Source of the DNA: Antedon mediterranea
Lineage: Eukaryota; Animalia; Echinodermata
DNA length: 64,000 nt
Reading direction: 5' to 3'
Assembly: GCF_964355755.1 (NCBI RefSeq)
Contig: NC_092672.1
Location: forward strand, 19,605,237-19,669,236
Positions 38,101 through 51,156 of the stretch are shown here, in pieces. Below the pieces are notes generated by a model. It saw only the letters and a program-made list of their open reading frames with translations. It was not told the origin of the DNA and ran no database searches. A program made the position numbers and the translations under genes. Each line of letters starts with the position of its first letter. Position 1 is the stretch's first letter.

Positions 38101-41100
38101 TTTTGACAATAAAGTTATCTTGGATCTTGAATATGCATTGGCTTATAACTTTTAATTCAGGTTTAGATTTATTATTCATTCATTCAATTCATGTAAGACT
38201 TTCCTTGCTCAAACATAAATTAAAAGTAAATATAAATATAACAGAAATAAACATAAATATACTTATTCAAAGAGTTTTAAACTATATTCATTTCAACTGG
38301 CATATATGCATGAATAGAGTAAGAGATGAATAGCATTCAATAACAATTGTATTCATTTCATACTTGACACTTGTCTGACAAACTTAGTATGCAGAGGGTG
38401 AACATGTTTAAAACATAATTGATTTTGATACACTGTCAATAGAAATCAGTTATTCGGAAATGCTTTTAGAAATTTACTTCTCACTTCAAGTATGGCATGC
38501 ACAATAGAATATTCGCAAACATTTCCTAATACAAAATTCGAGCCAGATGCGGCTTGTGGTATGTATTGTATTTTGACGTTGAGTGTGGAGAAAGTTATTT
38601 TGAAGAAACACATACCAATTGTGTGGGGTACAACACTTTTATATTTATTTAAAATTTTTTTTAATGCATTTTTTGTTGATTTTAGGTTAAAGAAATGGCC
38701 AGACAAAACGGAATTGGTGATGAAAGCCAACAGTTAATTATGCTTAACTTTCTGTACGACCTTGGTGACATCATCTACTTGCCTGATAATGAATTATTAC
38801 GGAATCAAGTGGTGTTGGACCCAATGAGTCTTGTTCAGTTTGTCACAGCATTTGTGACAGTGGTTACGCCTGATGAGTTTAAAGTAAGTGGGCTTATATA
38901 ATGAACATAAATGCTTATTCATTTTATTTATAAATAAACAGAAAAAGTATTAAAAATTGTATTTTATTGGTTAATTTAGTTATACTTTGATCCACAATTC
39001 CCATGTTGATTTGTGTACATATAATAATCTGTAAATCGTCTTTCTCTAATGTATAAATATAATGTGGCTGTGTTCAATATCTTTCACAAAGAGCAATCTC
39101 TCCCAGAAATAAATTGTTCAGCTCTTCTTAAAAGAGCTTTTACTATGAATTTCCTTGCCATCTCTAATTATGTCACTACTTGTTAGAAAAGGGCTTTAGT
39201 TATTACAAATTTAAATATTAGCTGGAACTAGAGATAGCTTGGTGTTTTACTATAAAATCTGACATTTTATTCATTGTATTAATTCACTACTGTTCACAGG
39301 AGCATTGGTGTAGCTATCAGTGCCCATCACTGCAAATTGTATAGAAGTTATTTAAAAGACCAACATTATGTCTTCATCATAGGTCTACTCTTGTACTTTA
39401 AACATTTCATTTTATAATTTGATGTGTTATTTTAGAAACCTCGGTACCTTGAAGCTTTTAGAAACCTTAACAAAGGCATACTGGATGAGATGTTGTTTTA
39501 AAGAAATTGTGGAAGAAGCATGATATTGATGATGAGAAATTCCAATTCCTTGTAGACCTGATGATTCGATTTGGTTTCATTTGTGAGAGAACAACCTCCA
39601 CCAGCCAAGCCAGCATGGAAAGTACATCTATAGTAGGTTTTTTTCTTAACCTTTTAACACTTTATACATTCCATTGCCAATTTGGTTTTGTGACAGCTTT
39701 AAGTTGGATAAGATTTGTTTTTACTGAAAGGGAACTTCGTATTGACCTTGTTTTTTGTACGAAATTAAAGCTATTATTGTAATAATAATACCGAATAGAT
39801 TGCAAACATGTTTACAGTGATTGATATAAAGTTTGTGGTACACCACAATATATAAAGTTCTGAAAAGAACTGTTAAGTTTCTCGACGTTTCGATCAATAT
39901 ACTTTGATCGTCCACAGGAGTTTATATTTGGTGTATACTGCAATCTTTATATATATCAACATATTGATTTCAGCATGAAAATCTTCACACAATATGTCAT
40001 CCATTACATTAGTATTACAATTTTAATAGATCCATTAAAAGCCAAACTAGGAAGTCCTTTGTTGTAATTAGCATTCATTATGTATAATTCAAATGTTCGA
40101 CGATAACTCTATACTGTATTTGGTTATCCGCACTTGGTGGATAACCCCTTGTTATTGCGCAAACCACGTCAACTGGAGTGAAATCTCTCGACAATCTACA
40201 GTATATAGTCTGGGAATTTTGAACGAGTCTGGCCGACACAGTATAGCTAGCACAAGGGCAATTTGCAATTTTAAAGCAACTTAGTATTTTTATATCATCA
40301 TGTTGGTATAGCTGTCTGTATATTGATGATATTCTATATGCTATTTTGTATGGATTTTAACCGTATCGTGTTTCTATATAAGCCGTTTTGCTTGATTATG
40401 TACCAACAGAGCTTGGATACTACAGTATTTTTATACAATCATTGGATTGATTTTTCATTTTCGATTTGGATGTTCTGATTTAAGTTTTTACGGTATTTAA
40501 TTTGAAAAAACTCACAGCTGGTAGGGAAGGTCACTTTGTTCTGTAAATTGGAAAATTGTTTCCATTGGATTTGTTATGTACCCTTTACATAAAGGGAGAT
40601 ATGAATTCATATAAAAAGTTTGTGATGACGTCTTCATATGGCCAGTTGAATTAAAAAAGTCGGATTTTCATCTCTTTCGTAAATGCTTGTCGCGTTTAAA
40701 AGCGAGCTCATCTTACTTTTACGTATATACCCAAAATTCTTCAAATTTGTATTAATGTAATTATTTGGATAATTATCTTGTACAACTTTCTATGTCAATT
40801 TGATGATGTCATCGTGTTAAAAATTGGATTAAAAGATGGGTCTCGTAATTTCATCTATGCTACATTGTATATAACATATACAGTGTATTTTGTGAACACT
40901 GTAATAATATGCTGTATGATACAAAATAGGTACAATTCAGCACTGTAAACATATTTAATTCATGTCATAGGATGGCATAATAATTTTCGACGTTCATATA
41001 TTTTAAGGTATGTGCATGTTGCATTTTTGTGGATAACCCGAACTTGTCAAAGTGACGAGTTCAAATCTAGTTTTTATTTTGAATTTTAACATTGGCCTAT

Positions 41101-44100
41101 ACCATATTTTATCATTGACCTATAGTAGCATTTGTGCAATTTGATGTATTTTTCTTGTATTGTTTTCTTAATTATGCCAAGCAAAATGAATTTTCGTCTT
41201 AAGTGGACCAATAAAATGTCTTGAATATGAATCTTTACACTGAATAATTTTTTTTAAAGTTTTATTTTAAGTTTTTTTAGTTTTAGGTGAGATCTTCACA
41301 CATTCTAACACATTTGAACATTCTTATTGCAGGAACGATCCTTTTTTGTGCCTCTGCGACTTGCTTTTGAGACGTCACCATCCAGTGAAGTGAAATCTGT
41401 GCATGATGGGCTCTCTATCAGTATATATTACGACCTTTGTGGACATCTGCCTGACATACTGTTTCCATATTTAGTGATTGATTTCATTAAAAAATATCAG
41501 AAGGAGACAGGAGATGACCCCAAACTATCAAATGACTATGCAGAGCTCTACGTCGACCAATATCATAATGTTATCTTGTCTCTTGTCAAATTGGTAACAA
41601 AGCAAGATGACCACAAGTTCTTGTTAAAGGTAACTTACAATGTCTAAATGACTTCAGTATTTTATTCCTGTTCCATTGAAATATGTGATAATATAGTTAT
41701 TTTATGTCAAAATGCAGTTAAATGTTAATATTATGCAATTGGTTAAAGCATATACATCAATTTTAGAATAAACACCACACTAATTCGCAAAATAACCTAT
41801 TATATTTGCATAGATAAAATGTTTAGGCCAAAACTTTCAATGTAACCTTCAAATGTTTATCTTCAGGCTACAATTAAAGTTAGAAAGGCTCTTGGCGAAA
41901 CAATTACTACCACAGAATGTGAACCTTCTCCTTCAACATGTAAACAGGTATGTTATGACTTTTTTCTTTCTTTTTTAATACTAAATACGATAAATTAATT
42001 TTAACAGGTTATTTCCACAAGTCACATGATTGGTTCTAGCATAATAGCATAATAATTGCTACACTTGCTATAACAGGAAATAGGCAACAAAGGATGTACC
42101 TTTAAAATCTTGCTGAGTTTAAACTTTACGACTGACCTAACCAGCTGAAGCCCCATTCAGCGAATTGTAACGTATGGCCTCTCCACATTTCCGGATATGG
42201 CACTCTCATAAATATTTTTTGGGAGTGTGTAATGTTAAATTAACTGAAATGAGAATATTTTAGGAACAATGGACATGTTATGGCCTAAATCGTACTCATT
42301 AAAAATATTCCGGCTTGTAGGCATAAAATTGATAAATATTAATAAACCTGCTCCCACCTCAGTGGCACCATGGTTAGGGCTGAGGTGTGTGAATTTTTTA
42401 GGAATCTGGACATCTAGATATCTTGAAATGGCAATCTCACAGAACGTGTTTGGGGAGTGTACAACATTTTTTGTTAACCTACATCTCTCCACCTCAGCCC
42501 CAATCAAGATTACATTTTCAAATTTGACCCATGGAAAAATGTAAGGCAAGAGGGACTTCAATTCCTCCAACTCTAAATGCCCTCTGTATTTTCAAATTTT
42601 AATCTTGATTATTATTTGTTTGTGCATTATCCCTTTCTTTAAAATAAATGTTAAAATGATGAATAAGCTAGATGATGAAAAAAAAAGATTAGTTGAAGAT
42701 GTTTTGTATTTTTACAGGTTGTATCAACTATTGAGATGTCTTTTAAACATTCTAAAGATGGTGGTAGAAGGGGCATTAAATTCCATCGATGCATTCCCTG
42801 TGATTGTAGTAAGACATCTGAGAAGAAACATATGCAAATTCTTGGAGATTTTCAGGATGAGATGTTGCCATGTCATGGAAGTAACATGAATGTTAAACGA
42901 TACAAGCAGCTATTTGGAAGTAAGTTAAGTCAAGATTGTATTATAGATTTTGTTATTCACCAATTACCATAAGGAAAATATTTTTATATTTATAACCTGA
43001 GTGTATCTTTGCCATTTCATTAATTGTAAAACATGTTGTTCAGTATTTAGTACTATAACAAACCTGAGTATATCCTTACTATCTGACCACTAATTTTACC
43101 GACTTTCTGAGCATTTTACTTAGTCCTAAACGCTTGAAATTTGTTACATACTGTTAAGAATATTTGTCCTAATAAAAATCTTATAAAATTAAGACCAGAA
43201 GTGCCATTTCAGACCTTTAAATTGACGCTACACATTTCTTTAAATGACTGTATTAACATTGGTTCCAAAATCATAGCTTTATAGTCTTCACTTCTGTGTA
43301 AGTAACTTGTTCACAATAAAAATATTTCTATATGTACTGTATAACTAGGATGGCCCAGTGTATCTATAAATATGACAATCTTTTTAGTGATGCCTGCTCA
43401 AAATGTATTGAAATGTAGTGACAATCTTGATTATAACTAAGATAAATATTTCTTCTGCATAGATACGGGAACATCAAATGTAGATAGACCAACTGCCGCA
43501 GCTCTGGTTACAAGCAAATTGTCAGGTTAGTTGATTGGTAAAATTATATAGGATTAACAGAGCAACAGAGCAGAACAAAGACTAAACATTTAACACTTTA
43601 TCAATACTTTATTCATGTACTGTACATGTAATAAGGATTATGGAAGAATTATATATTACTCCATGGGCTTATATAGATTAACACTTGTTTAACTGTAGGA
43701 CTTTCATTTCAAAAGCTTACTTGGATTGGATAGACAAAAATTGAAAACTAACATATAGGGTCAAATTTATAAGGCGGGTAACATTTTATATCAATTGCGT
43801 AACGTTAATACGATGATACAATGGGACTTGTAGGTATAGTCTTCCTTATGTATAAACTGATGTAAACACTACAAAAGTAAAATTAAAACAATGTTTCATT
43901 AATATTTATTTACCTCCGTCAAAAAGGTGTAGTCGATTGCATGCGTGTGTCTTTTTGTTTGTTAGTTTGATTACTCAAAACGTTATTTATTTATTATATT
44001 TATTTATCTTTACCAACATGAAAATACAGATTAAAAATACAGATAGATATGTGGTCAAGAACCACTCCATTAGATTTTGGAGGCAATCCAGGCCAGGAAA

Positions 44101-46538
44101 TTATGATAGGCACCAAAGGGAAGATGTAATTATAATTACGATTCTTTACCGATAAGCTGGTAATTATTTGGTGAATTTAATAGTAGAATAATGAAGAATA
44201 CTTGTGTTCAAGACCTCAGTTACAAAGTGGAAGGCTGGTGGAGTATGGAGTAAAAACGTAGCATAAGGTTATAGTAAAGATCACCTTGAAAATCGCTGAT
44301 GTACGCTTTTTTACACACGCTAAAGATTAAAGAAAACGATTAAACGTAGTGCACACTTCAAATTTAGAAATAGAGTTATAAAGCCTATATATATCATCCT
44401 ATAAATGTTTATTATTACAAATGGAAGTGAATTGAAGCAATCCACGACCATGTGGCTTTTATTTTACTTGAAAATTGTGAAAATCGACGGTTTCAGCTTT
44501 TTTAATCTGGAATGACGCAGTCTTGAAATTTGATAGCCTTTTGATCCAGAGTTAATTTTTTATAATTTGACCTACCTTGACCTAAGCCGTCCACACCATC
44601 TGGGAGACTTGTGATGGCTCCTGTTTCATGACCTCTTGCCAGATCCTCCTATCTTGTGATGTTCTAGTTGCATTCGTTATGGATCCTTGGTTTTTTTATG
44701 TGCAGTCTGCCTTCACACAGTCTAACCATTTCTTGGCTAGTCTCCCTCGTGGTCTAGTTCCTTGGACAATTGCGTCCAAGAGTAGATTTGGATATCTTTT
44801 GGAGGGCATCCTATTGACATGTCCAAAATACCGGAGCCTCTTTATGGCTATCCTGTCAATTATGGTGTCGTTCAGCCCAAGGGTTTCTCTGATTTTGGTG
44901 TTTCTCATCTTGTCAAGTCTGGTTATGCCCAAGATCTTTCTGAGACAGATCATCTCAAAAGTGAGTAGTCTGTTCTCGTCATCTTCTTTTATAATTTAAT
45001 AAGTCATAATTCAGTCAATATTTGGCTTACAAACTTTTCATAGCCCATGACCATCTCCGTAGCAAAATGGATCGAATTTCGCACGGTGGCGTGCACAGCC
45101 TATACACTTTTGTGTTTGCCATTTGTATATATAGATGTTGTTTTTATATGAGAACAATTTGAGCCAGAGTACAATGTGTGAACCCAGGGCCAGAGTACAA
45201 TGTGTGAACCCAGAGCCAGAGTACAATGTGTGAACCCAGAGCCAGAGTACAATGTGTGAACCCAGAGCCAGAGTACAATGTGTGAACCCAGAGCCAGAGT
45301 ACAATGTGTGAACCCAGAGCCAGAGTACAATGTGTGAACCCAGAGCCAGAGTACAATGTGTGAACCCAGAGCCAGAGAATGAAATGGAAAAGAATAAGGG
45401 CCAGTATTTTTCAAGATAAAAAGCTAATATTTAATAATTGAGGTTTCTCACTATTAATTAACAGTGACTTCCTCCAAATTGTTTACATGTTGCAGTTTAA
45501 GGTAATAACATGACGCTGTCCATCAATTTATTATTAACCACTATGATCTTTTATAAAGAATAACTATTCATTTGAATTTAATTAGATTTTTGCAAATTGT
45601 TGCATGATGTAGGTGAATTAATTCACAAATATGCCTTCAGTGTATCATTTTGTCATGTCATGTCATTTTGGGTATGAATTACTGTATCTATAAAATCACA
45701 TTTCAGAATTTTAATTTTGTTGCTCAGTCAGAGTGTAGTCAGCGAGATAGTATACAAAAATGAGTTATTAATATATTCATTCAAGTTCACCTTTTGGTTG
45801 TTTAATTATCTATATTAATTGCTTTACTAGCTTTACTTTAATTATTTTTCAGTCATCCTGTTGTTTGGTAGTATAAAAGAGTGTTCAAAATGTTGGTGCT
45901 GATCTTATTTCCAATCTGTTACATCAGCCTTCTTTTTATTGTGGGTTTTAAGTACATGAAAAAAGATTTAGTAACATAAATGTACACTGTTGTTTTTTAT
46001 TTTAGGTGAAATATCAGAAGATAACTATCGGGAACTGCTTAGCAAAGTGTCATCGTGGTTCAAAGAATCAGAGAAAGTCAACCTATTGAAAGTTATACTT
46101 TGCAAGTGTGAACATATTTCTGTTGTAGAAATAGAAAGAAGCAATGATCCATTTGAGCTGTTTAAGTTACTTGAAGGTCCTGGAATCATTAGCCAATCAA
46201 ATATCGATGTTCTCATTGAAATCATTGCAATAGGAGGAATGAAGGGTGTGTATGAAAGCATCAAGCACTTGATACCAACCTTTGCTGGATTTGAGAAATT
46301 AATCATCTCTGAACGCTGGAATGATGTACGAAAGGTGATCAGATTTGGTCTTAAGATAAGTAACGCAGATAAAGTAAAAATTGGACAGTTGCGTGGCCTG
46401 AAGGTTAAGGAATCGGATGATGTTTGGATTTTAATATTTAAGTTAGTAATGAAAGAAACATTCACTAAAAAGAGGACAGAATTCGTTCGACTACTTAAGG
46501 ACAATGACATGGATAGCCTTGCTACATTATTGGAATAG
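32123..46538 (+). CDS. Roco-family Roc-COR protein with C-terminal tandem DEDs; no P-loop exon seen; one frameshift (possible pseudogene)
   Basis: Phase-consistent exon chain: 32120-32209, 32312-32351, 32463-32497, 32858-32882, 33570-33721 (IWDHGGQLIY, G3), 34254-34343 (YVAVFDLS), 34834-35013 (LVVGTHKA, G4), 35440-35682 (IPLKW, COR), 38686-38883 (LNFLYDLGDIIY..VVLDP), 39436-39632 (frameshift, TAA 39499-39501), 41333-41629 (FFVP), 41867-41947, 42718-42919, 43463-43525, 46006-46538 (tandem DED-like). Possible extra 5' exon at 30168-30224. Confidence 0.8.
34477..34720 (+). mobile_element. tRNA-derived SINE-like repeat, copy 2
   Basis: gccccagtggtctaatggtta...ggttccgggttcgagtc (A and B boxes); matches the reverse complement of 8815-9068. 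Confidence 0.7.
35720..38130 (+). mobile_element. Decayed LINE (Rex/Babar- or CR1-group-like) in an intron of the Roc-COR gene
   Basis: Endonuclease fragment (ILVIGDVN), NKPWM, GPDGIS, NDYRPIALTS, PQGCILSPILFKLYTSD, KTKELIIDFR and YLGTIID, with many stops and frameshifts; tail gacaataaagttatcttggatcttgaa. Confidence 0.9.
40120..41072 (-). mobile_element. Helentron/DINE-1-like element with both ends
   Basis: 5' end (reverse complement) aactagatttgaactcgtcactttgacaagttcgggttatcc at 41072; 3' hairpin ggttatccgcacttggtggataacc at ~40122-40146; body matches 14490-14960. Confidence 0.65.
44570..44995 (-). mobile_element. 5'-truncated RTE-clade LINE fragment
   Basis: CLRKILGITRLDKMRN..RLRYFGHVNRM..GTRPRGR..KKWLDCV is a typical RTE ORF C-terminus; (aggtca)-like tail. 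Confidence 0.85.
45161..45376. repeat. 31-bp minisatellite, ~7 copies
   Basis: Unit gagccagagtacaatgtgtgaaccca repeated. Confidence 0.9.
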
Positions 46539-47848
46539 ATATAATACAAGATAACAATACATAACATGTGACAACATAACACTGAATTAACATTCTACTA
46601 CTTAAAGACAATGACATGGATAGCCTTGCTACATTATTGGAATAGATATAATACAAGATAACAATACATAACATGTGAAAACATAACACTGAATTAACAT
46701 TCTACTACTTAAGGACAATGACATGGATAGCCTTGCTACATTATTGGAATAGATAGAATACAAGATAACAATACATAACATGTGACAACATAAGACTGAA
46801 TTAACATTCTACTACTTAAGGACAATGACATGGATAGCCATGCTACATTATTGGAATAGATAGAATACAAGATAACAATATATAACATGTGACAACATAA
46901 CACTGAATTAACATTCTACTACTTAAAGACAATGACATGGATAGCCTTGCTACATTATTGGAATAGATAGAATACAAGATAACAATATATAACATGTGAC
47001 AACATAACACTGAATTAACATTCTACTACTTAAGGACAATGACATGGATAGCCTTGCTACATTATTGGAATAGATAGAATACAAGATAACAATATATAAC
47101 ATGTGACAACATAACACTGAATTAACATTCTACTACTTAAGGACAATGACATGGATAGCCTTGCTACATTATTGGAATAGATAAAATACAAGATAACAAT
47201 ATATAACATGTGACAACATAACACTTAATTAACATTCTACTACTTAAGGACAATGACATGGATAGCCTTGCTACATTATTGGAATAGATAGAATACAAGA
47301 TAACAATATATAACATGTGACAACATAACACTGAATTAACATTCTACTACTTAAGGACAATGGCATGGATAGCCTTGCTACATTATTGGAATAGATAAAA
47401 TACAAGATAACAATACATAACATGTGACAACATAACACTGAATTAACATTCTACTACTTAAGGACAATGACATGGATAGCCTTGCTACATTATTGGAATA
47501 TATAAAATACAAGATAACAATACATAACATGTGACAACATAACACTGAATTAACATTCTACTACTTAAGGACAATGACATGGATAGCCTTGCTACATTAT
47601 TGGAATAGATAAAATACAAGATAACAATACATAACATGTGACAACATAACACTGAATTAACATTCTACTACTTAAAGACAATGACATGGATAGCCTTGCT
47701 ACATTATTGGAATAGATAGAATACAAGATAACAATACATAACATGTGACAACATAACACTGAATTAACATTCTACTACTTAAAGACAATGACATGGATAG
47801 CCTTGCTATGTTTTGAAATAGATACAATTTAAATGTGACAACATAACT
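46491..47848 (+). repeat. 107-bp tandem array (13 copies) made of the last codons, stop and proximal 3'UTR of the Roc-COR-DED gene
   Basis: ctacttaaggacaatgacatggatagccttgctacattattggaatag... starts at 46491, 46598, 46705 and so on to 47775. Confidence 0.95.
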
Positions 47849-48015
47849 ATTAGAATCAGAATTAGCACTCTATATCATAGTAATTTAAAGACAACCTGAT
47901 TTAAAAAGTGACTAAAATTGAATAACAGTTCAGTTGGATTTTTTTTTAATATACTAATTACAACCAATCAAAATCTGAATTTGATTGTAAAGAACCTGTA
48001 AAGTTTTATTAAATA

Positions 48016-48124
48016 CAGTCAACTCATCCAAAACCATACCTTTAATGTCCCATTTTTTACCATTATTCAGAAAACCAGACATATGAGCTCAGCCCAAGGC
48101 TGCCCTGTTTTGGAGAGTTGACTG
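48016..48124. mobile_element. Tc1/mariner-type MITE
   Basis: ta|cagtcaactcatccaaaac ... gttttggagagttgactg|ta. Confidence 0.75.
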
Positions 48125-48159
48125 TATTATTAAATTATTTATCGGTTATTGTAATAATT

Positions 48160-48282
48160 TTTCAAACACAAGACAAATATTTAACCTTGGAAAAATTCAT
48201 ACAGTAGTGATTCAGATTTAAAAGCTCTTGATGGTCGATACAGCTTCTCTGTCCTTAAGGAGTAAACAGACAGCTGAAGTTT
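48160..48282 (+). pseudogene. Decayed fragment of a DED exon paralogous to 388-887
   Basis: cttggaaaaa..agtgattcagatttaaaagctcttgatggtcgatacagcttctctgtccttaaggagtaaacagacagctgaagt aligns with 720-810; TAT>TAA and TGG>TGA. Confidence 0.75.
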
Positions 48283-48346
48283 ACAGATGAAATGTAGCTT
48301 ACTGTCACAAGTCTAACCTTTTTTTGCAAACCATATCTCTCTGTAT

Positions 48347-49362
48347 TTGTAGCCTCTTTATCTACCCACTTGACTAGACTCATTAATGTACAATATATAG
48401 CATCTGATGGATCATGTAGATATGGAAGGCAACAAACAACTGACATACACCATTTTAAATCTCTGTTTTTGTAGCCTCTTTATCTCCCCCCTAGACTAGA
48501 CTCATTAATGTACAATATATAGCATGTGATGGATCATATAGATATGGAAGGCAACAAACAACTGACATAGACCATTTTAAATCTCTGTTTTTGTAGCCTC
48601 TTTATCTACCCACTAGACTAGACTCATTAATGTACAATAGATAGCATCTGATGCATCATGTAGATATGGAAGACAACAAACAACTGACATACACCATTTT
48701 AAATCTCTGTTTTTGTAGCCTCTTTATCTCCCCCCTAGACTAGACTCATTAATGTACAATATATAGCATGTGATGGATCATATAGATATGGAAGGCAACA
48801 AACAACTGACATAGACCATTTTAAATCTCTGTTTTGTAGCCTCTTTATCTACCCACTAGACTAGACTCATTAATGTACAATAGATAGCATATGATGCATC
48901 ATGTAGATATGGAAGGCAACAAACAACTGACATAGACCATTTTAAATCTCTACCCACTTGACTCATTAATGTACAATAGATAGCATATGATGGATCATGT
49001 AGATGGAAGGCAACAAACAACTGACATCGACCATTTTAAATCTCTATGTTTTTGTAACCTCTTTATCTATCCACTAGACTAGACTCATTAATGTACAATA
49101 GATAGCATCTGATGGATCATGTAGATACGGAAGGTAACAAACAACTGACATAGACCATTTTAAATCTCTATGTTTTTGTAACCTCTTTATCTACCAACTA
49201 GACTAGACTCATTATCATGTACAATATATAGCATCTGATGGATCATGTTGATATGGAAGGCAACAAACAACTGACATACACCATTTTAAATGTCTATGTT
49301 TTTGTAACCTCTTTATCTACCCACTAGACTAGACTCATTAATGTACAATAGATAGCATGTGA
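48347..49362. repeat. ~121-bp minisatellite, ~8 copies
   Basis: gtagcctctttatct... at 48351, 48471, 48593, 48715, 48836 and onward. Confidence 0.9.
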
Positions 49363-50350
49363 TAGGAATAATTATTTCAATGTAGTTTATTTCAGGTGCT
49401 TTATAGTTGTTGCTTTGTCTTCTTTTCCAATTTATATTTGTGTATGTTTTTTTTACAATCAATCATTGTGAGTTTATTTTAAATACTTACATATTATTTT
49501 AAGTGTTAAAGCTTTGTACATTATATTATATACGTTATGAAATAAAATGTAAATAAGATGATTTATTTTTGTATATAGACAATTGTAAAAATGAACACAT
49601 TTAATATTGTGTGTTTATATGATGTGGGATTTTTAGGTGGATGTGTGTTAACAGTAACAATAGTGATAGTAGCAATAATAATGCACAGTTACAATACTGA
49701 TAACAATGTAGTCACTCATATAAACAAATAAAATATATAAATATTATTATATAATTTACTTATATAATGAGGACATGTTCAACTAAAGAGTGTGAGTGCT
49801 GCTGTGTACAGGCTGATAGTCATTAAATTGTTTACTCAACTTCACCTAAAGAGTGTGAGTGCTGGCTGTGTACAGGCTGATAGTCATTAAATTGTTTACA
49901 CAACTTTTACCTGCTGCCACAATATTAGGTTAATTACATTTGGTATTTTAAGATGGAAATTTAATATCTGCAATTTTGAGGAAATTTTTATGAAGTTTAA
50001 AAATCCAATAAATTGAAAGAAGAATACCAATCTAATATAATAGTTTTTGTGTGTTTTTTTTCTGTAGGTAGGTTATGCAAACATTATGAATTATTCATCA
50101 TGTGTAGTGCATCAGCTATGTTTGTTATAATGGATTGCTATGTTTAAAAAAAATCATCAGAAAATCACTATATTAATTTATTTTGTGCATTATGAGAAAT
50201 GCAGTTTATGGCTCAGCAATTGATGCAAACTAGGGGATTTAATGTATTACCAGTCTGTGGTACAAGGGTTGTTGTTATTGTAATTATTAGGCCCATTATT
50301 GACAGTCCATTGGGGGAAACAACAAAAGCTGAGCCGAAAATGGTTCTTAC

Positions 50351-51156
50351 CAAAGAATATATGTCACAAGAATGAGTAATCCGCGATTTTCCCTGTAACA
50401 GTAATATTGTCCATGTGGTAGGGCGCCGCCATAAGTAAGGATGTATACAACTTTTTGTGACGGTTACACTAATCTAAGCCTGCACCACCGGTAGTATTTC
50501 ATGATAAAAAATGTTATCAACTACATGCCAACATCATGTTAAATGCTGTTTGGATATTTAATTGTTCGTTTCATGCAATTTATGTAGTAAAAACTGCCGA
50601 ATAAACAGTTCGCTTCATCAACCGGGCGTGAATTGGTGTTTACGCGTTTTCACGAAGGATAGTTTAATAATATTTCTATATTTAACTTGTTTCTGGTAAA
50701 ACAAATAAATGTTATTGAAATTTAACATAATCCTATTAATAACATGTATTTTATACTAAATTATATCTTAAAAACAATACTTAATTTACCGGGCGTAGAT
50801 TAGTACGCGGCAATGGTAAAGAATAGACCGTGCTGAGTAACGCTTCGTTGATTTTTGGTGTTGCTGTTAGGCTTTTTTGTGAACTAATTTAGCATGGTAG
50901 TAAATAATTTTCTGGAGAAGTGAATGTACACTAGTTTGGTATTATATATGCATTATAAAATGTTTTACAATTGCAAAATATATTATCATAATTCTATTTA
51001 ATCATAATGTGACATGTAGGCCTATAATATCTATTAAATCAAGTCTTATTTAGTCTGTATACATTCGCATCCCATCTGAGGACGGGCATCACTCTCTGTT
51101 ACAAATTTATCATGCAAAAATCGCGGAATACTCATTCTTGTGATATATATTCTTTG
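50351..51156. mobile_element. P-superfamily-like MITE with 7-bp TSD
   Basis: ttcttac|caaagaatatatgtcacaagaatgagtaatccgcgatttt ... aaaatcgcggaatactcattcttgtgatatatattctttg|ttcttac. Confidence 0.8.

Noticed and set aside
45038-45414. Three overlapping minus-strand ORFs
   Set aside because: Products of the 31-bp tandem repeat.
46025-46582. 185-aa antisense ORF
   Set aside because: Shadow of the DED exon on the opposite strand with no independent support.
46491-49362. Regular arrays resembling CRISPR
   Set aside because: The units are wholly repeated with no unique spacers, there are no cas genes, and the context is eukaryotic.
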